A stretch of 63,777 bases of DNA, filler included, from Dimorphilus gyrociliatus (lineage: Eukaryota; Animalia; Annelida): assembly GCA_904063045.1 (NCBI GenBank). It is 4 parts of 4 records of this genome, joined end to end, with 100 filler letters (N's around TTAATTAATTAA, not from the genome) between each part and the next. Parts side by side here need not be neighbours in the genome. Positions count along the whole stretch, not along the records: positions 43,313 to 61,487 come from CAJFCJ010000207.1; 3 more parts are not named here. One strand, 5' to 3'. Within the stretch, counting starts at the first letter, position 1; the number at the start of each line of letters is the position of its first letter. The notes beneath the pieces are model-generated. The model was given only the letters and a program-made list of their open reading frames with translations, was not told the origin of the DNA and ran no database searches. Positions 49,022 through 61,587 of this stretch are shown piece by piece. The position numbers were made by a program, and so were the translations under genes.

Positions 49022-49561
49022 CTTTTGGCCATAGCGAGAATAGTTTATTTTAGTTGGTAAACTTTGACTTTGTTGAAGTGAAAAGTCGTTAAAGTTTGTT
49101 GGACGAGAGTTAAAAGGCAAGTTCAATTGTAGGCGAAAATTTGATTTGATTGACCGACAAGATGATTTTGACTCTTCCGATCTTCTCCTCTCTCCTCTTT
49201 CACTTTTTTCGTCATCTTTTTCCGTTGTTTCGTAGGATTCCTCATCCTTCTCTTCCCCCTCATCTTCATCATCTTCCACGTCATCCTCCGCCTCTTCCTC
49301 TTCTTCTTCTTCTTCATCTTCATCTTCGTCGTCGTCGTCGTCGCCATCGTGTTTGTGTTTGCCAATGCAAAATCTTTGCCAACGGTTCCTTTTCGACTCC
49401 TTATAGGTCATACTAGTCTCGTAATATTGGTCCGAATCGCTACTTAACGCCTCGTATTTATAATTACCCTGACTGACGAAACAATTGTCGCTCTTCTCCG
49501 TATGCGTTGAGGGAGGACGCGTTGGAGAGAGGAGAGGTCTACTACTACTTTTACTATTCAT
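49022..49561 (-). CDS. Acidic low-complexity exon, possibly the first exon of the TIR gene
   Basis: ATG-initiated frame with an Asp/Glu tract. It ends at a phase-0 donor (AAG|GTAATG) compatible with the phase-0 acceptor at 48098. Confidence 0.45.
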
Positions 49562-52500
49562 TCATCCGCTTTCTCGCTTGAAATTCTGTGAAATATAAAG
49601 AAGATGATTTGTAAAAAGGAATTACTACAAAGGCGTCGTATCCTTCTTAATAAAAAAGATCTATTAGAAGAAATATTATTTATAAATACAATTGTTCAAT
49701 GATAATGATAGTGAAAAGGAAGTTGAGAGGTGATTTGTTCACAGGATAGACGTTGTATCTTTCTTTCTACAGCTCGCAAAGATAAAAGGGGATGAGAGAA
49801 AGAGCGAAAAATCTATTTTCGATTGTAGCACTCTCATTCGGCAATCCTCTCTCTTTCTCATTCACTCCACTCTTTCGTCGATTATTTTCCAACAAGTAAA
49901 ACTTTCGAGTATTTTTTTGAAAAGAAAGTTTACTTTTTAAAAGAACAAATTTAAAATTCATCACGAAAAAACTCTCATTCATCTTTATTTAATTAGCTTA
50001 ACGTAGCTTGCAGAATGAAAAGAGCAGATGAACAAATAAATAAAATACGAAATGAGTAGGAGCGAGAGAGAGAGAGAGAGAGAGATGCTGGCGGATGGGA
50101 ATAGAAAGGGAAAATATGGAATGTCATCCTCTGAAATATTCTCTTTTGCATGACGGACTCTCGTTTCGAATGAGAGGAGATTCCATCAAACTTTTTATTG
50201 GACTAGGGAAAAAGAGAGGAAAACTAAAAGTAGTAGTTAAGCACAAAAAAGTTACAGTTATATCTTAGGGGATAATAAGTAATTTTCTTCTTTATAACCT
50301 TAACCTTCAGCCCTAGCAGAGTACCGACGAGCATTTCCTCTTAGTAGTAGAGATTTTTCTCTGATAGAGTGAAAAAGAGAGGATTTTCCACTGATTTCGC
50401 TCGTTTTTTCTTACTCCTCCATTCATAAATAACCTTAATAAATTGTTAAAGTCTTTTTGTATTTTCCTTTCTCTAATAAGTAATTATTTCAAGGTTTTTT
50501 CTCACTTGTTTTCTTCAAGAGCCAAGCATGAAGTTAATTAAGGATAAAAACAGCAAGAAAAAGCCAGATAGATAGATGGATGGATGGATAGATAGATAGA
50601 TAGCCAGCCACCCACCCACCCACCCATCCAGGCCGATGGATTTGCAGAAAGGTGAGAGTTGAGCGAGAGGAACAGAACATGTGAAAACGTTACGTAGTTG
50701 AAAAAAGGATTGGAGGGGAAGGAGTACAAAGCTGCAAGGGAAGAATGTCCAAAAGAGTGAGATAAAAAGAGGCTATTATCAAAATAGTAAATGACTAATT
50801 AATTAAAGTCGAAGAGGGAGAGGGGAAAGGGGAAAAATACGGATAATTGCAGAATATGGGATAAGAAACAAATGAAAAGAAAACTAGTAGTTTGTATTGG
50901 ATAGAATCGTAAGGTTAGGATACGTGATACGACTAATGGAAAAAGACAAAATACTAATACTCTTTTTTCTTAATAATTTCCAGTCGTTACAGTTTATAGT
51001 TACTAACGCTGCTAAATAGCCTGTTAAACAATATTTTATATCTTATTAGGCGTCTTTTCAAATTGACGCTATTTAAAGAAGAAATCAAAAAGAGAACATA
51101 AACTCCCGTCTGTTTAATACTTACTTTATTTACTCCTTCAATGAAAAACGCCTCTTCTTTCACTAATTTCTCATTTATATTATTAGAATTATCTCCCATC
51201 CCTCTTCCGTTTCTTGCCGCCTTTTACCTCCTACTCCCCCTTCTCTCTCTCACACCCTTCCCTTTCCCCACCGTTTGGTCTCCTCTATCCCTCCAACTAG
51301 TCTTTATACGAAAGAAAAACAAAAATCAACTAACTTTTTAAGCATCCGCAACAAAATCAAAAGCAAAATAATAGAAAAAGTCTGCCGTTACAGTTGACTG
51401 CCTGATTGACTGGTTGGCTGGCTGGCTGGCTGCCTTGTTCGCTAGGTAGCTAGGATGGCTAGCTGTCTGGCTTGTTCGATGGCTGATGTAAGAGAAGGAA
51501 GAGATTAGTGGAAGTGAATGGAAGCTGATATAAAATACCCAGAAAATACGACGTTTATTTAAACAAGTGAAGCCGCTGTACCAGATGAAATTAAACTTTC
51601 CTGTACCTTAAAAGGAGAAGAAGATAGTGAAGATTACTAATAGTTGTTAGATGTATCAGCTGAAATCGTTGGTAGACTGGGTTGAAAAATTGAAAATGGG
51701 AGGAAGGATGCGAAAAGATAAGGTATACTGAAGCGCCACCGGCCGAGTTTATTTTTCTCAGCAGTCGTCCACGATACGCTATCCAACTCGATCCCTTTAT
51801 TCAATGTTTTGGTGGTTATCTTTACATTTTTCAATCGCAAATGTCGCTTCGCGTTCAAAGCATAGCGAAACAAAGATAAATTAGAAATAAACGAGCGATT
51901 GAACGGCTAGCTAGCTGGCTGGCTGACCGGCCGATCGGCCAACCGGCTGACTGACTGACTGACTGACTGATTAAGTGAGTGAACAAGTAAATCGGTGAAC
52001 GATTGGGTGATTGAATGAACAAGTGAAATGAAGAAGTAAGGAAGTAGAGAAGGAAGGAAGGAAGGAAGGGAAAAAAGAAGATACACACATTAGGGAATTA
52101 ATTCTGTGTAGAAAAAAAAAACAAAATTTTCGCTCGAAAGAAGGTGGAAATGGGATGAAGAGGGACCGGACGATTTCGGGGCAAAATATTCAATAGGGTG
52201 GAAGAGAAGAGGAAATTCGGTGGAAAAAAAACATCATGTTTTTTGTTTGTGAAAACTCTAGCTTATTAAAAGAAAAACAGACCCAAATTTGCGTTTCTGC
52301 TAGTTTTTTCTAACAAATCGAATTTGGCAATCACGTTCGGTAAAGAGCGCCCTAAGACGGTCTAAATCACCGTTGGTGAGCAGGAAAACAGGAACGTGAT
52401 GAGAAAGGAGAAGAGAAGCTTTATAATGTCTGTTTCTTACAAACGTTTCGTTTGTCACTCTATTATATGCATGGTCAGTGTTCTGTAAACAATATCAGCT

Positions 52501-54703
52501 TTTGTGGCTATTCCATTTCTGTTAACATGAAAAATATTGGTAAAGGAATAACGCATCCCTTTCTCCAATCTTCCTTAACCCAAGTCCAAGGGAATTTGCT
52601 ATTTGCTTATATTCTATCACCACCCCTTTTCTCTCTTTCTCTCTCTCTCTCTTTTTCTTTCTTTCTTCCCTATTCCATCTGTTTTGCTCATTTACATTTT
52701 AAATCTCCATTTTTAAATATTACATGATCTCCGTATCGTCATTCATTTATTCCTCATCCACTACACCCTCTATTATTGCAACATCTGCAAAAAAACCACC
52801 GCCAATTTCCAAATATCTTTTCCCCTTATCCGTTCTACCCTCATGCTAACTCTTTGCAATCACCGTAAGACGCCTTCAAAGAAGATCTGTCATTTTTATA
52901 TTTATTAACAATATCCCACCGTCGTCGTCGTCGCGTCGTCGTCACCATCACCACCACGACAAAGACGACGACGACGACCGCCCTTCAACAAAGAGAGATG
53001 GTACTGGCAGTATCATCTATAAGCATTTTGAATAGAAATATATTCGATAAAATCCGTTAAATCCGTTTCGAAGATAAAGGAAAAGCTCTCTTCCAGAAAA
53101 AGTACTCTCACCAAAGATAAATTATCTTTTTCTATTTTGTAAAACTTTTTTTCTCTGTCTCTACACGGTACGGTGGACATAACCTTGAGATTTTAGCCTC
53201 AATTGAAAGAGTAAGCATATTTCGTAACAAGAAAAAGATTACACGATTTCGATAAGGGAGAATAGAGCAGAGAGTATTTAATTGTACAGTAGTCGCAGTG
53301 GTATAGTAAAATCGTAATTTATTAAATCAAACTCTTTTATCTTTTACCCTCGCCGGATTGTTTGCATGATGTTATTCCTCTTCTTTTTTGTCTTTTTTTT
53401 TTTTTACAATGTTTGTCCTGCTCCGTAAACGAATTTTGTTTGATTTCCTCCCGCTTGTTTTGTTTAAAAAGATGAGTAATAAATAAGTGTAAGTTCACTA
53501 CCTGTATGGAAAACAATAGGTAACAAAGAGATAAGGAGGAGTAGCAACTGAGACTAGAAAGGGACGAAGAGAGATTTTGGTTTTTTACTTTGTCGTTTTC
53601 TTGACTGATTTTTTGTATGTTTTTTCCCTTCTCTTCTCTCGTCTCTCTTCTCTCACTCTCAATCTCTTGCATGAAGAAAAGCTCCATCGTTCCTTTGCTG
53701 ATATTTTCATACATTCATAACGTGTCCCTGTACGGCTGAGTTTAACCAGGCTGAAAATCGTTCTATTTCGCTTAACGCGGAAAATATAGTAATCTATAAT
53801 TATTGATATTTACTAGCGATATCCCTGCATTCCCCAAACACTTTCTAATTAATTTTCCTATTTTTCCTTTTTAGAAGACGCTCCCTCTCTCGTTCGTTCG
53901 TTCGTTCGTTCGCTCTCTCTCTCTATGTCTTCTATCTTGAGAAATTTTCATCCTTTTTTCGCTTTACACTCTTTTACCTTTCTCCGTCTGCCTATCTGCC
54001 TGTCTCTATACTCTATGTTTAATTAGTTAATTGGCTCAAAGAGACGTCATACTGATAGGTGGGAGGCAATGAAAGAAAAAGAAAGAAAGAATGAATGAAT
54101 GAATGAATGAATGAAAGAGTGCGAGAGAGAGAGAGAGAGAAGAGAGCGAGAGCGAGAGCAAGAGAAGGATAATATATAATATTTATTTGAGTATCTGTTT
54201 GTTCCTCTGCTATTCACGTTTAAAGTCGCCATTAGTTGATTCGGACTTTTTTTTTTCTTTTCAAGGCCATCGTTGTCGTATTGCTTTCACACTCGACCAG
54301 TTAAAATAGCTAAACGTTTTCCGCCAGATTATAAAAACATGCGATTTCACGCTAATCGATTTGTTTGGGAAAATAATCTCTTGCCTTTCTCAAAGCTGGC
54401 CTTTTTTTTTTTTATAGAAATTAAAATTGAGAAGGCAACAGGAGAAATGAGGAGGGAAAGAGGAAGGCTAAATAACAGCGTATTAGAGGGAGAAAATTAG
54501 TGGGAAAGGGGAAGAAGGAATAAGGACGAGAGTGAGGGAAAGAGAGAGAGAGAGCAGGAAGAAAATAGTGACTATATTCCTAAATATAGCACATATTTAA
54601 TCAATTTTTTTAAATGGATTAATTAGATTAAAATCGTATCATTTCTCTCAACAAGACAAAATCGTTTAATTGCATGACAAAGAAAAGTCAATGAAAAAGT
54701 CGA

Positions 54704-56011
54704 ATGGCGCTAAATATTGTGTACATATGTGGGCACCAGATGGCGTTTGCGTTGGAAGAGATTGGACGAATAGCAAATGAGACGGCATCTTTTTGCAGGC
54801 AGTTGGACAAAAATTCATTCCAGCACCAGGTGGTGCACATGTCATCGGAGCGTCTAGAACCACGAATCGCTCAATATGTTCCGCATCCGTTACTACAGCG
54901 TAAATCCGTTACTGGATCGAGTGAAATTGAAGAATTCTTGAGAGAAAAGAATTCGCAGAGGAGGGACTTATCTCGCCGACGTTATAGTTGCGGAGTGGAG
55001 CCTAGATGCGAGCAATATACACCGCATCCTCTCCTCCAAATCAAAAGCGGAAAGGGTCAAATAAACGCCATAGAAGAGCTCCTCGGACCAGCCTCTGCAA
55101 AGACTACTAATACGAACAACAGCCAATCGGAAGTTTCGACTCATTCAACGCCGGCGCATAAGACTAGCAAAAAGTCTAATTTCGAAGATTTTCGCAGCCT
55201 TATACCTACTAGAAAATCATCAAAGCCAAAGGAGACTTCGTCTTCTACATCCTCATCACCTCTAAGATTTCAAAGTAAATTTCAAGCGAGACAGGAACAA
55301 TATACTCCTCATCCAATTTTACAAATCCGAGATGAAAAACTAACGCTCGACGACGTCCTTGGGCCTAAGCCCGAAAAGAAGACCGTTAGATCATTAAGCT
55401 TAGAAGTTTCTTGTAGCGATGGTGAAAGGGGAATAATCAATCTCACCTCCTCTCTCACTCCAATCGAGGATGAAAGCAAGCGATCGTCATCGGCGGAGCC
55501 CCTACAACCTCGCGAAGACCAATACGAATCTTGTCCTCTGTTGCAAGACAAAACTGACGGTGTTAGTGAATTGGAAAAGTTCCTAAGCGAAAGTCGATTG
55601 GAAGGAGGGGAGGGAACTTTTAATGACGCTATAGAAAAGGGAGGCCGATCAGTAGGAGAAGTTGCGCGGGAAGATGTAAAAGGAGGAGCGGACGAGAGGA
55701 AAGGGGCAGCGTTCGAGGATAATAGGGGAGAATGTTTAAAATTAAATAGAGAAGGAGACGATAAGAGTAAAATTGCAGAAGAAGTGGAGAAACGAGAAAA
55801 AGAGCCTTCAACGGATTTGAAATGCATAGACGACGACGTCATTCCTTTGGAATTGTCATCGGAAAATGATAACAGAAATCATCGTGTTCATTTCAACGCT
55901 CAGAATCCGCAGAATGCACAGAATACGCAAAATTCCCAAAATCCGCAAAATCCTTCTTGTTCTGCATTAAATAAAAAGACAAGACGACGGAAAAAATGCC
56001 TAATTAGTTAA
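54704..56011 (+). CDS. Uncharacterised 435-aa protein with four internal repeats, RVxF motif and polybasic-CaaX C-terminus
   Basis: Long clean ORF in an otherwise stop-rich region; repeats of (E/Q)(P/A)RxxQYx(P/S)(H/C)P(L/I)LQ; ends KKTRRRKKCLIS*. Confidence 0.7.
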   Translation: MALNIVYICGHQMAFALEEIGRIANETASFCRQLDKNSFQHQVVHMSSERLEPRIAQYVPHPLLQRKSVTGSSEIEEFLREKNSQRRDLSRRRYSCGVEPRCEQYTPHPLLQIKSGKGQINAIEELLGPASAKTTNTNNSQSEVSTHSTPAHKTSKKSNFEDFRSLIPTRKSSKPKETSSSTSSSPLRFQSKFQARQEQYTPHPILQIRDEKLTLDDVLGPKPEKKTVRSLSLEVSCSDGERGIINLTSSLTPIEDESKRSSSAEPLQPREDQYESCPLLQDKTDGVSELEKFLSESRLEGGEGTFNDAIEKGGRSVGEVAREDVKGGADERKGAAFEDNRGECLKLNREGDDKSKIAEEVEKREKEPSTDLKCIDDDVIPLELSSENDNRNHRVHFNAQNPQNAQNTQNSQNPQNPSCSALNKKTRRRKKCLIS

Positions 56012-56159
56012 AGTATGCAGTCAATAACTTGACAAACAAATTAATCATAAATATTTAAATGTGGAACGTCGCCTAATGCAAATTACTCTTAACCGATTAA
56101 CAACAGGACATTCCTCCTCTTTTTAATTTTACTTGTTCTTCTCTTCGTATTTTCTCCTT

Positions 56160-56214
<55 letters not shown>

Positions 56215-59132
56215 TTCTACAACATCTGGCCTTTTCTGTCTTCTACATGCTCACTTCTCCTCTCCTTTGATTTTCCTCATCTTTCCTCATTGCTCTTTCC
56301 ATAGTCATAATTCTTATCGTAATCATTGACACTATTATTCTGATTATTGCGATTGCTACTCTAAAGTTTACTGCTTGCAAGAGTATTTGATTATGTTTGG
56401 TGTATAAACACGTATAAATATACAATGATACAATGGAGGTAGTATAATGTATATACTGTACAGTAAATGTAGTCGACTGTTGGGTATATATTGTATATTG
56501 TTCATTGGGCTATATTGCATATTTATAATTTTATATACTGCCTATATATTATTTGAAAGCTGACAAACAAAATAACAACATTTGGTTTTTTTTTATTTAT
56601 ATTCTCTAATTCAAATTCCGATTGTCCTTTTAACATATGCCGCCTATTCTCTCTCTCTCTCTCTCTCTCTCTAACCAATGGTTGGAATGTTACAGTTAAG
56701 CTCACAAACAATCATACATACATACTATATATATATATATATACTGTATATACACGCACACACGCACACACACACTCTCTCTCTCTCTCTCTCGCTCTTT
56801 ATTAAAAATGATATGACGTATGCTCTATTCAAACTCACAAGTATCATCAACATTTCAAAATTTATTGAAACTCCCGTATACAGCTGCCGTGCCATATTGC
56901 GTTGTGTGCTCGTTTGTACACTGAATACGTGCGACCAAACTGTGTTTAGAAAGTATTTAAAAGACTCGAAAAAATGTCATGTGCCAGAGACGATGTAGAT
57001 AGAATGCAAATACGGAAGAAGAGAAGAGGAGGAGGAAAAGAGGAAAATGTTCAATTAGTTAGTGCTAGCAATAGCAGAAGCGGCAGTAGTAATAGTAGTA
57101 CTACTACTAGTGCGAGTAGTAGCTGTAGTAATGGTAGTAGTAATAAAAAATGAATTAGTAGGAGAAAGAGAAGAAGAAGAAGAGTAGAAGAGAAAGGGAA
57201 GAATACGAATAGAATAGGAATAAAAGTGCTACGTTAAAGGACAATAAAATTGATGACGAGCTATGAAAAGAAGAAAAAGAATAGAGAAACAAAAGTAAAA
57301 TTTGAGGAATTTATTCAACTTTGATGCGATAAGCATAAGTCGAAGAATATGAAGAGAATTTTCTACGTTAAGTAGATTGAATATGCATATAGTGTATATT
57401 TTCTTATGTGTATTGAAACGCTTATTTTTAGCTACAGCCGATAAACGCTTTACAACATATACTCCATATAGAGATTATATATATACTATATGTATATAGC
57501 CATTTATTTGTTTGTTTAAATATACATTAGTACATGTGTATTGACAATATATGCATAATAAATACAGAATACATATTCATTTATACGATTTATACTACTT
57601 TCATATCGTATTTAAATAATTACCTCCAACACTCTATGGATACTGTGCCGTGTTTGCTTCACTTGGATTTTCTCTAATTGACTAATTTTCAAGAAAAATA
57701 GGCAAAACGCAAAAGTAACCGATCAGAAAATTGCGTCTAATGAGTTTCTAGTTTTCCCTCGCCAGCCCCCATCAGCTGAGAAAGGAGGTCAATGGCATAG
57801 GTGAGAGGCGATAAACGAACGCCTCATAGAATGAATAAAGTAAAGTCAAGAGCAAAAGAAAAAATATCTAGAGAGAAAAGAGGGAAAGGCAGAGGGAGAG
57901 GGAAAAAAGGCAGAGGGAGAAGGAGAGAGGGAGACCGACAGACAGACAGAGAAAGAGAAGGAGCTGAGTAAAGGAGAGAAAGAGTTAGTTACGCGCAAAT
58001 AAAGAATTTTCCGCCAGCATTCCAATGCACATATAAAGCTCGATCGATGATCTGTCACCATGGTAACATATATAATTTACCTGCTGCTGCAACTTTCTCT
58101 TACATTGATTTCTCGCCATCGACTGGCTAATCATGTAAATCCTTGTCGAGAATATTCAAAGTCGTTTACCTAAACTCAATATCATTGCCTGTACGCGCAC
58201 ATATTGCCTTCACCCACTCCGATAATAACATTTTCTATTTGTTTCTTATCAACTCGACCTATTCTCCTCCTTTTAACCATCTATTAATATTGTAAAAGGT
58301 TACTCATTCATCCATTTTATACTAAATTTTACTATCCCAATTAACTATTTATCATACTCTTTTCCATCTTTATCCTTCTTGCCTTCTCTTCTCCGCTTCT
58401 TAGACTGATTTATTCTTGGAAAGTTTATATTTTCTTATCACCTTTTTCGTTTCAACACGGCCCTTTACCTTTACTTCTCCATAGTTTTTTCTTGTGGGCT
58501 TTTTGCCCTTTAAAACGTTACCTTTTCTTAAAAGTTTATAAATTAATTGGTCATTTTTTGTTAGGTCTTCGTCAATTAAACTCATTAATTATTGGCGTCA
58601 TAAATCTGGAACAAGACTAATAAAATCTTTTTGAATACCGTATTTCTTATATTCTGACCCATTGAAAATCTCTTCTACACTACTTTCCTTTTTTATTCTT
58701 TCCTTCTACTACCTCTCCCTTCTTCCCTGCACTTTTCCTATCACTTATCTCTCTCTCTCTCTCTCTCTTTCTATTTTTTTCCCCTTTATTTCACTCTTCT
58801 TATTCTCGTTTTTCATTTTTTTTAACCATCTCAGATATTCATTATTGCTGGTGTCGCGTAATAACCAGAAAGATAACACCGATAGTTGTGCTCCTGGCGG
58901 AGGTTTTATTGCCTCCCGCATCGGAACGACTACGACCTTGCGATAAAACTTTACGTCGAAGGCAAATATAAATTTGCTTTCATTTGAGCAGAACGTACGA
59001 GAATTACTCTAATTGTTTTCCTCTAGGTGGTCTTTTTTTGGCCGATTCATTCTTGGTGGTCGACCAGCAGAGAGGGAGAATAAGAGGTTTTTGGAAAGTG
59101 AATAAATAGAAAGAATGGAAAGTATTTGGAAT

Positions 59133-59179
<47 letters not shown>

Positions 59180-59920
59180 GGGGGGGGGGGAGAGAGAGAG
59201 AAGGAGAAAGGATTGCTTTAGGAGCATCGATGAAATGAACAAAGGAAATTTTTAGGAGAATACCGAATGTTTTTTTTAAGGAAGATTTTAATTAGATTTT
59301 AAATGTGAAATCTTTAAAAATTAGTTTAGTCTAAATCAAATTAGCTAATGAAAAGGGTGAAAATAGCATATATAAAAAAGAGGATAGAGAGAGAGAGAGA
59401 GAGTGAGAGAGAGCTAGGATGAAGAGGGGATAGGAGAATACGAGAAAAGGGAATATGATTGCATAAAGCGCTTAACAGAATAGATAGAAGAGTATTCAAT
59501 ACGACTGTATATATAATAAAAACCTAATTAAAAAGCAAAGCGTATACAGTTTTCGCAGAGTATGCTGTAGATAAAAGTATACATGTATATTATATAATAT
59601 AGTATGCATAGTAGGCGGTGGATCTGAAAGATATTGCACACTATATATACTGAATGTTGTATATTGTACAATAAATACCGTACACAATGTGTAAAGGCTG
59701 TGTAGATAAGAAATAATAGAAACTATGAGAAAATATTAGCTTGACAGCAAAAAAAATATAAAAAGAAGCTATTAAATTATGAATGCTAATTGCTCTGCCG
59801 CTTTATAATCAATTACACGCATTTTATCAGGTATTTATGTCTCAAAAACCCTTCTCCAATCCTTTTTAAATTTATTTATTCCGCTAAAACTCTCAGAGTA
59901 TTATTTTTCTTTTTTCCTCA

Positions 59921-59962
<42 letters not shown>

Positions 59963-61487
59963 GATAGAGACAGGCAAACGTACAGGGTTATTCATACAGT
60001 ATATACTATATATATATACAGTATATGTACATACGGTATATAATTCTATGGAAATATTTCATTTATTATATAGATGTGTATTGTTTGATTCAAGTGGGAA
60101 TTTTTTAAGGTAACCTTTCGGTTTGTAAAAGTAATGTCTGTAGTAGCGACATTTATTTATTAGAAATATTCTATCCTACGTTTATAGGCCTTTATTCGGT
60201 AGAATCTATCCGATGTGTTTAAAATATGTTTACAAATTGTTTAAAGCAGGATAGATTATCGATTTTTTTTCCATTCTCTCTCTTTTATTCTAAAAGTTTG
60301 TCGACGATTGAGCTGTTTAGTCAATTATCAGAGGGAGAATCTTGATAAATGCTAATATTTTTTTGTCTATTTCTCTATTTCTCTCTCAATTCGCGTCTGT
60401 TTGTCTATCTTTATTTACCTATTTAACTATTTGTCTGTCGGCTTATGTACGTACATATATGTTTGAATGTATACACATGTATCTGTGTCTGTTTGTACTT
60501 TTTCTCTTTCCTTCCTCATTTCTCTATCTCTATCCTCCTTCCCTCTCTCAGAAACCAATAAGCCAGAAAGATCTACTAAAAAAAAAGAGAAAAGTACTCA
60601 GGGTTTTTTCATTAGAAAAACATTTTCAATGATAATTATGCTTACATTAATATCTAGTGTTTCCACCTTTGGCTTTTTATCAAGTCCATTTATACTTCCA
60701 CTACCTTCGTAACTTGGCTCGTACTGTTTATTTGAAAACTTCTTGCATTTTCGCCTTCGCGCTCAGTACCTCTCTTACCCGCTTTTCTTCCTTCACCACC
60801 ACCTTCTTGCCTTCTCCTGTCTGTCTGATTGACTTTAGCCTGGTTTGATTAACCCTTTTCTTGCAGTTTCACACGAACTCAATTGTGGAGAAATTTAATG
60901 ATTCGACTGACCGCAACAAAGTCCTTTTTACCTTTTGTCGTATTGCTGTTTTTGGGGGGCCATTTTCCGTGCGAAATTCAATAACAAATGTATAAATGAC
61001 ATTATTTTTTCGCTAAATTAAACAGAGCTATCGAAAAAATGGTTTTTTTTTTTAAGGCAAATCTATACATTATTTTTTTTTTCTCTAATTCTTTAATCCC
61101 TCAACCCATTTTGCAGCCATAAAAACACAGAAAACACAACCTTTTCCCGCTCATATTTCACTTTTGGCTCAATACGGGGCTCAATATATTCCTCTCCAGG
61201 TTTCCTCTAAACCCGTGTTCTTTTATCTCAAGAGTAACGTAGACGCTTTTCCGTTCATCTATCCGTACAAAATTTTCTATAAGACAAAAAAATCCTCCTG
61301 CTCCCCCACCAATCCAGCCATTCTTTTCTTCTCTTTTCTTTTCAAAACTAATCAAACGTTTCCTTTTACCCTTTTTTTTAGTTTCTTAAATAAATAACTT
61401 TTCTCCTCTAGTCGTCCCTCTTCCCCTTCAACATTCTGCCTCCTCTGTCTCCACCTCTCCAATGCCCACCCGCCTTACTGCCCCCCC

Positions 61488-61587
61488 NNNNNNNNNNNNN
61501 NNNNNNNNNNNNNNNNNNNNNNNNNNNNNNNTTAATTAATTAANNNNNNNNNNNNNNNNNNNNNNNNNNNNNNNNNNNNNNNNNNNN
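61488..61587. other. Synthetic contig spacer
   Basis: 44 N + TTAATTAATTAA + 44 N. Confidence 0.97.

Larger units (their letters stand above)
43313..61487. repeat. Contig with dense simple repeats ((GA)n/(TC)n, (CA)n, tetramers, G22 at 59169-59190)
   Basis: Dozens of dinucleotide and tetranucleotide runs, many in introns and intergenic DNA; essentially absent from the other contigs. Confidence 0.9.

Noticed and set aside
59134-59200. G22 run within (AG)n as a functional G-quadruplex
   Set aside because: A plain homopolymer in a microsatellite, with unreliable length and no contextual evidence of function.
48411-61397. Many 60-125 aa ORFs in contig 3
   Set aside because: Most are translations of (GA)n, (TC)n or tetramer repeats (SLSLSL, ERERER) with no domain signal.
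23594-61487. Horizontal transfer of NACHT, TIR or GPCR genes into a microsporidian
   Set aside because: These genes sit on separate contigs with different composition and intron structure, joined only by synthetic spacers; co-assembly or contamination is simpler.
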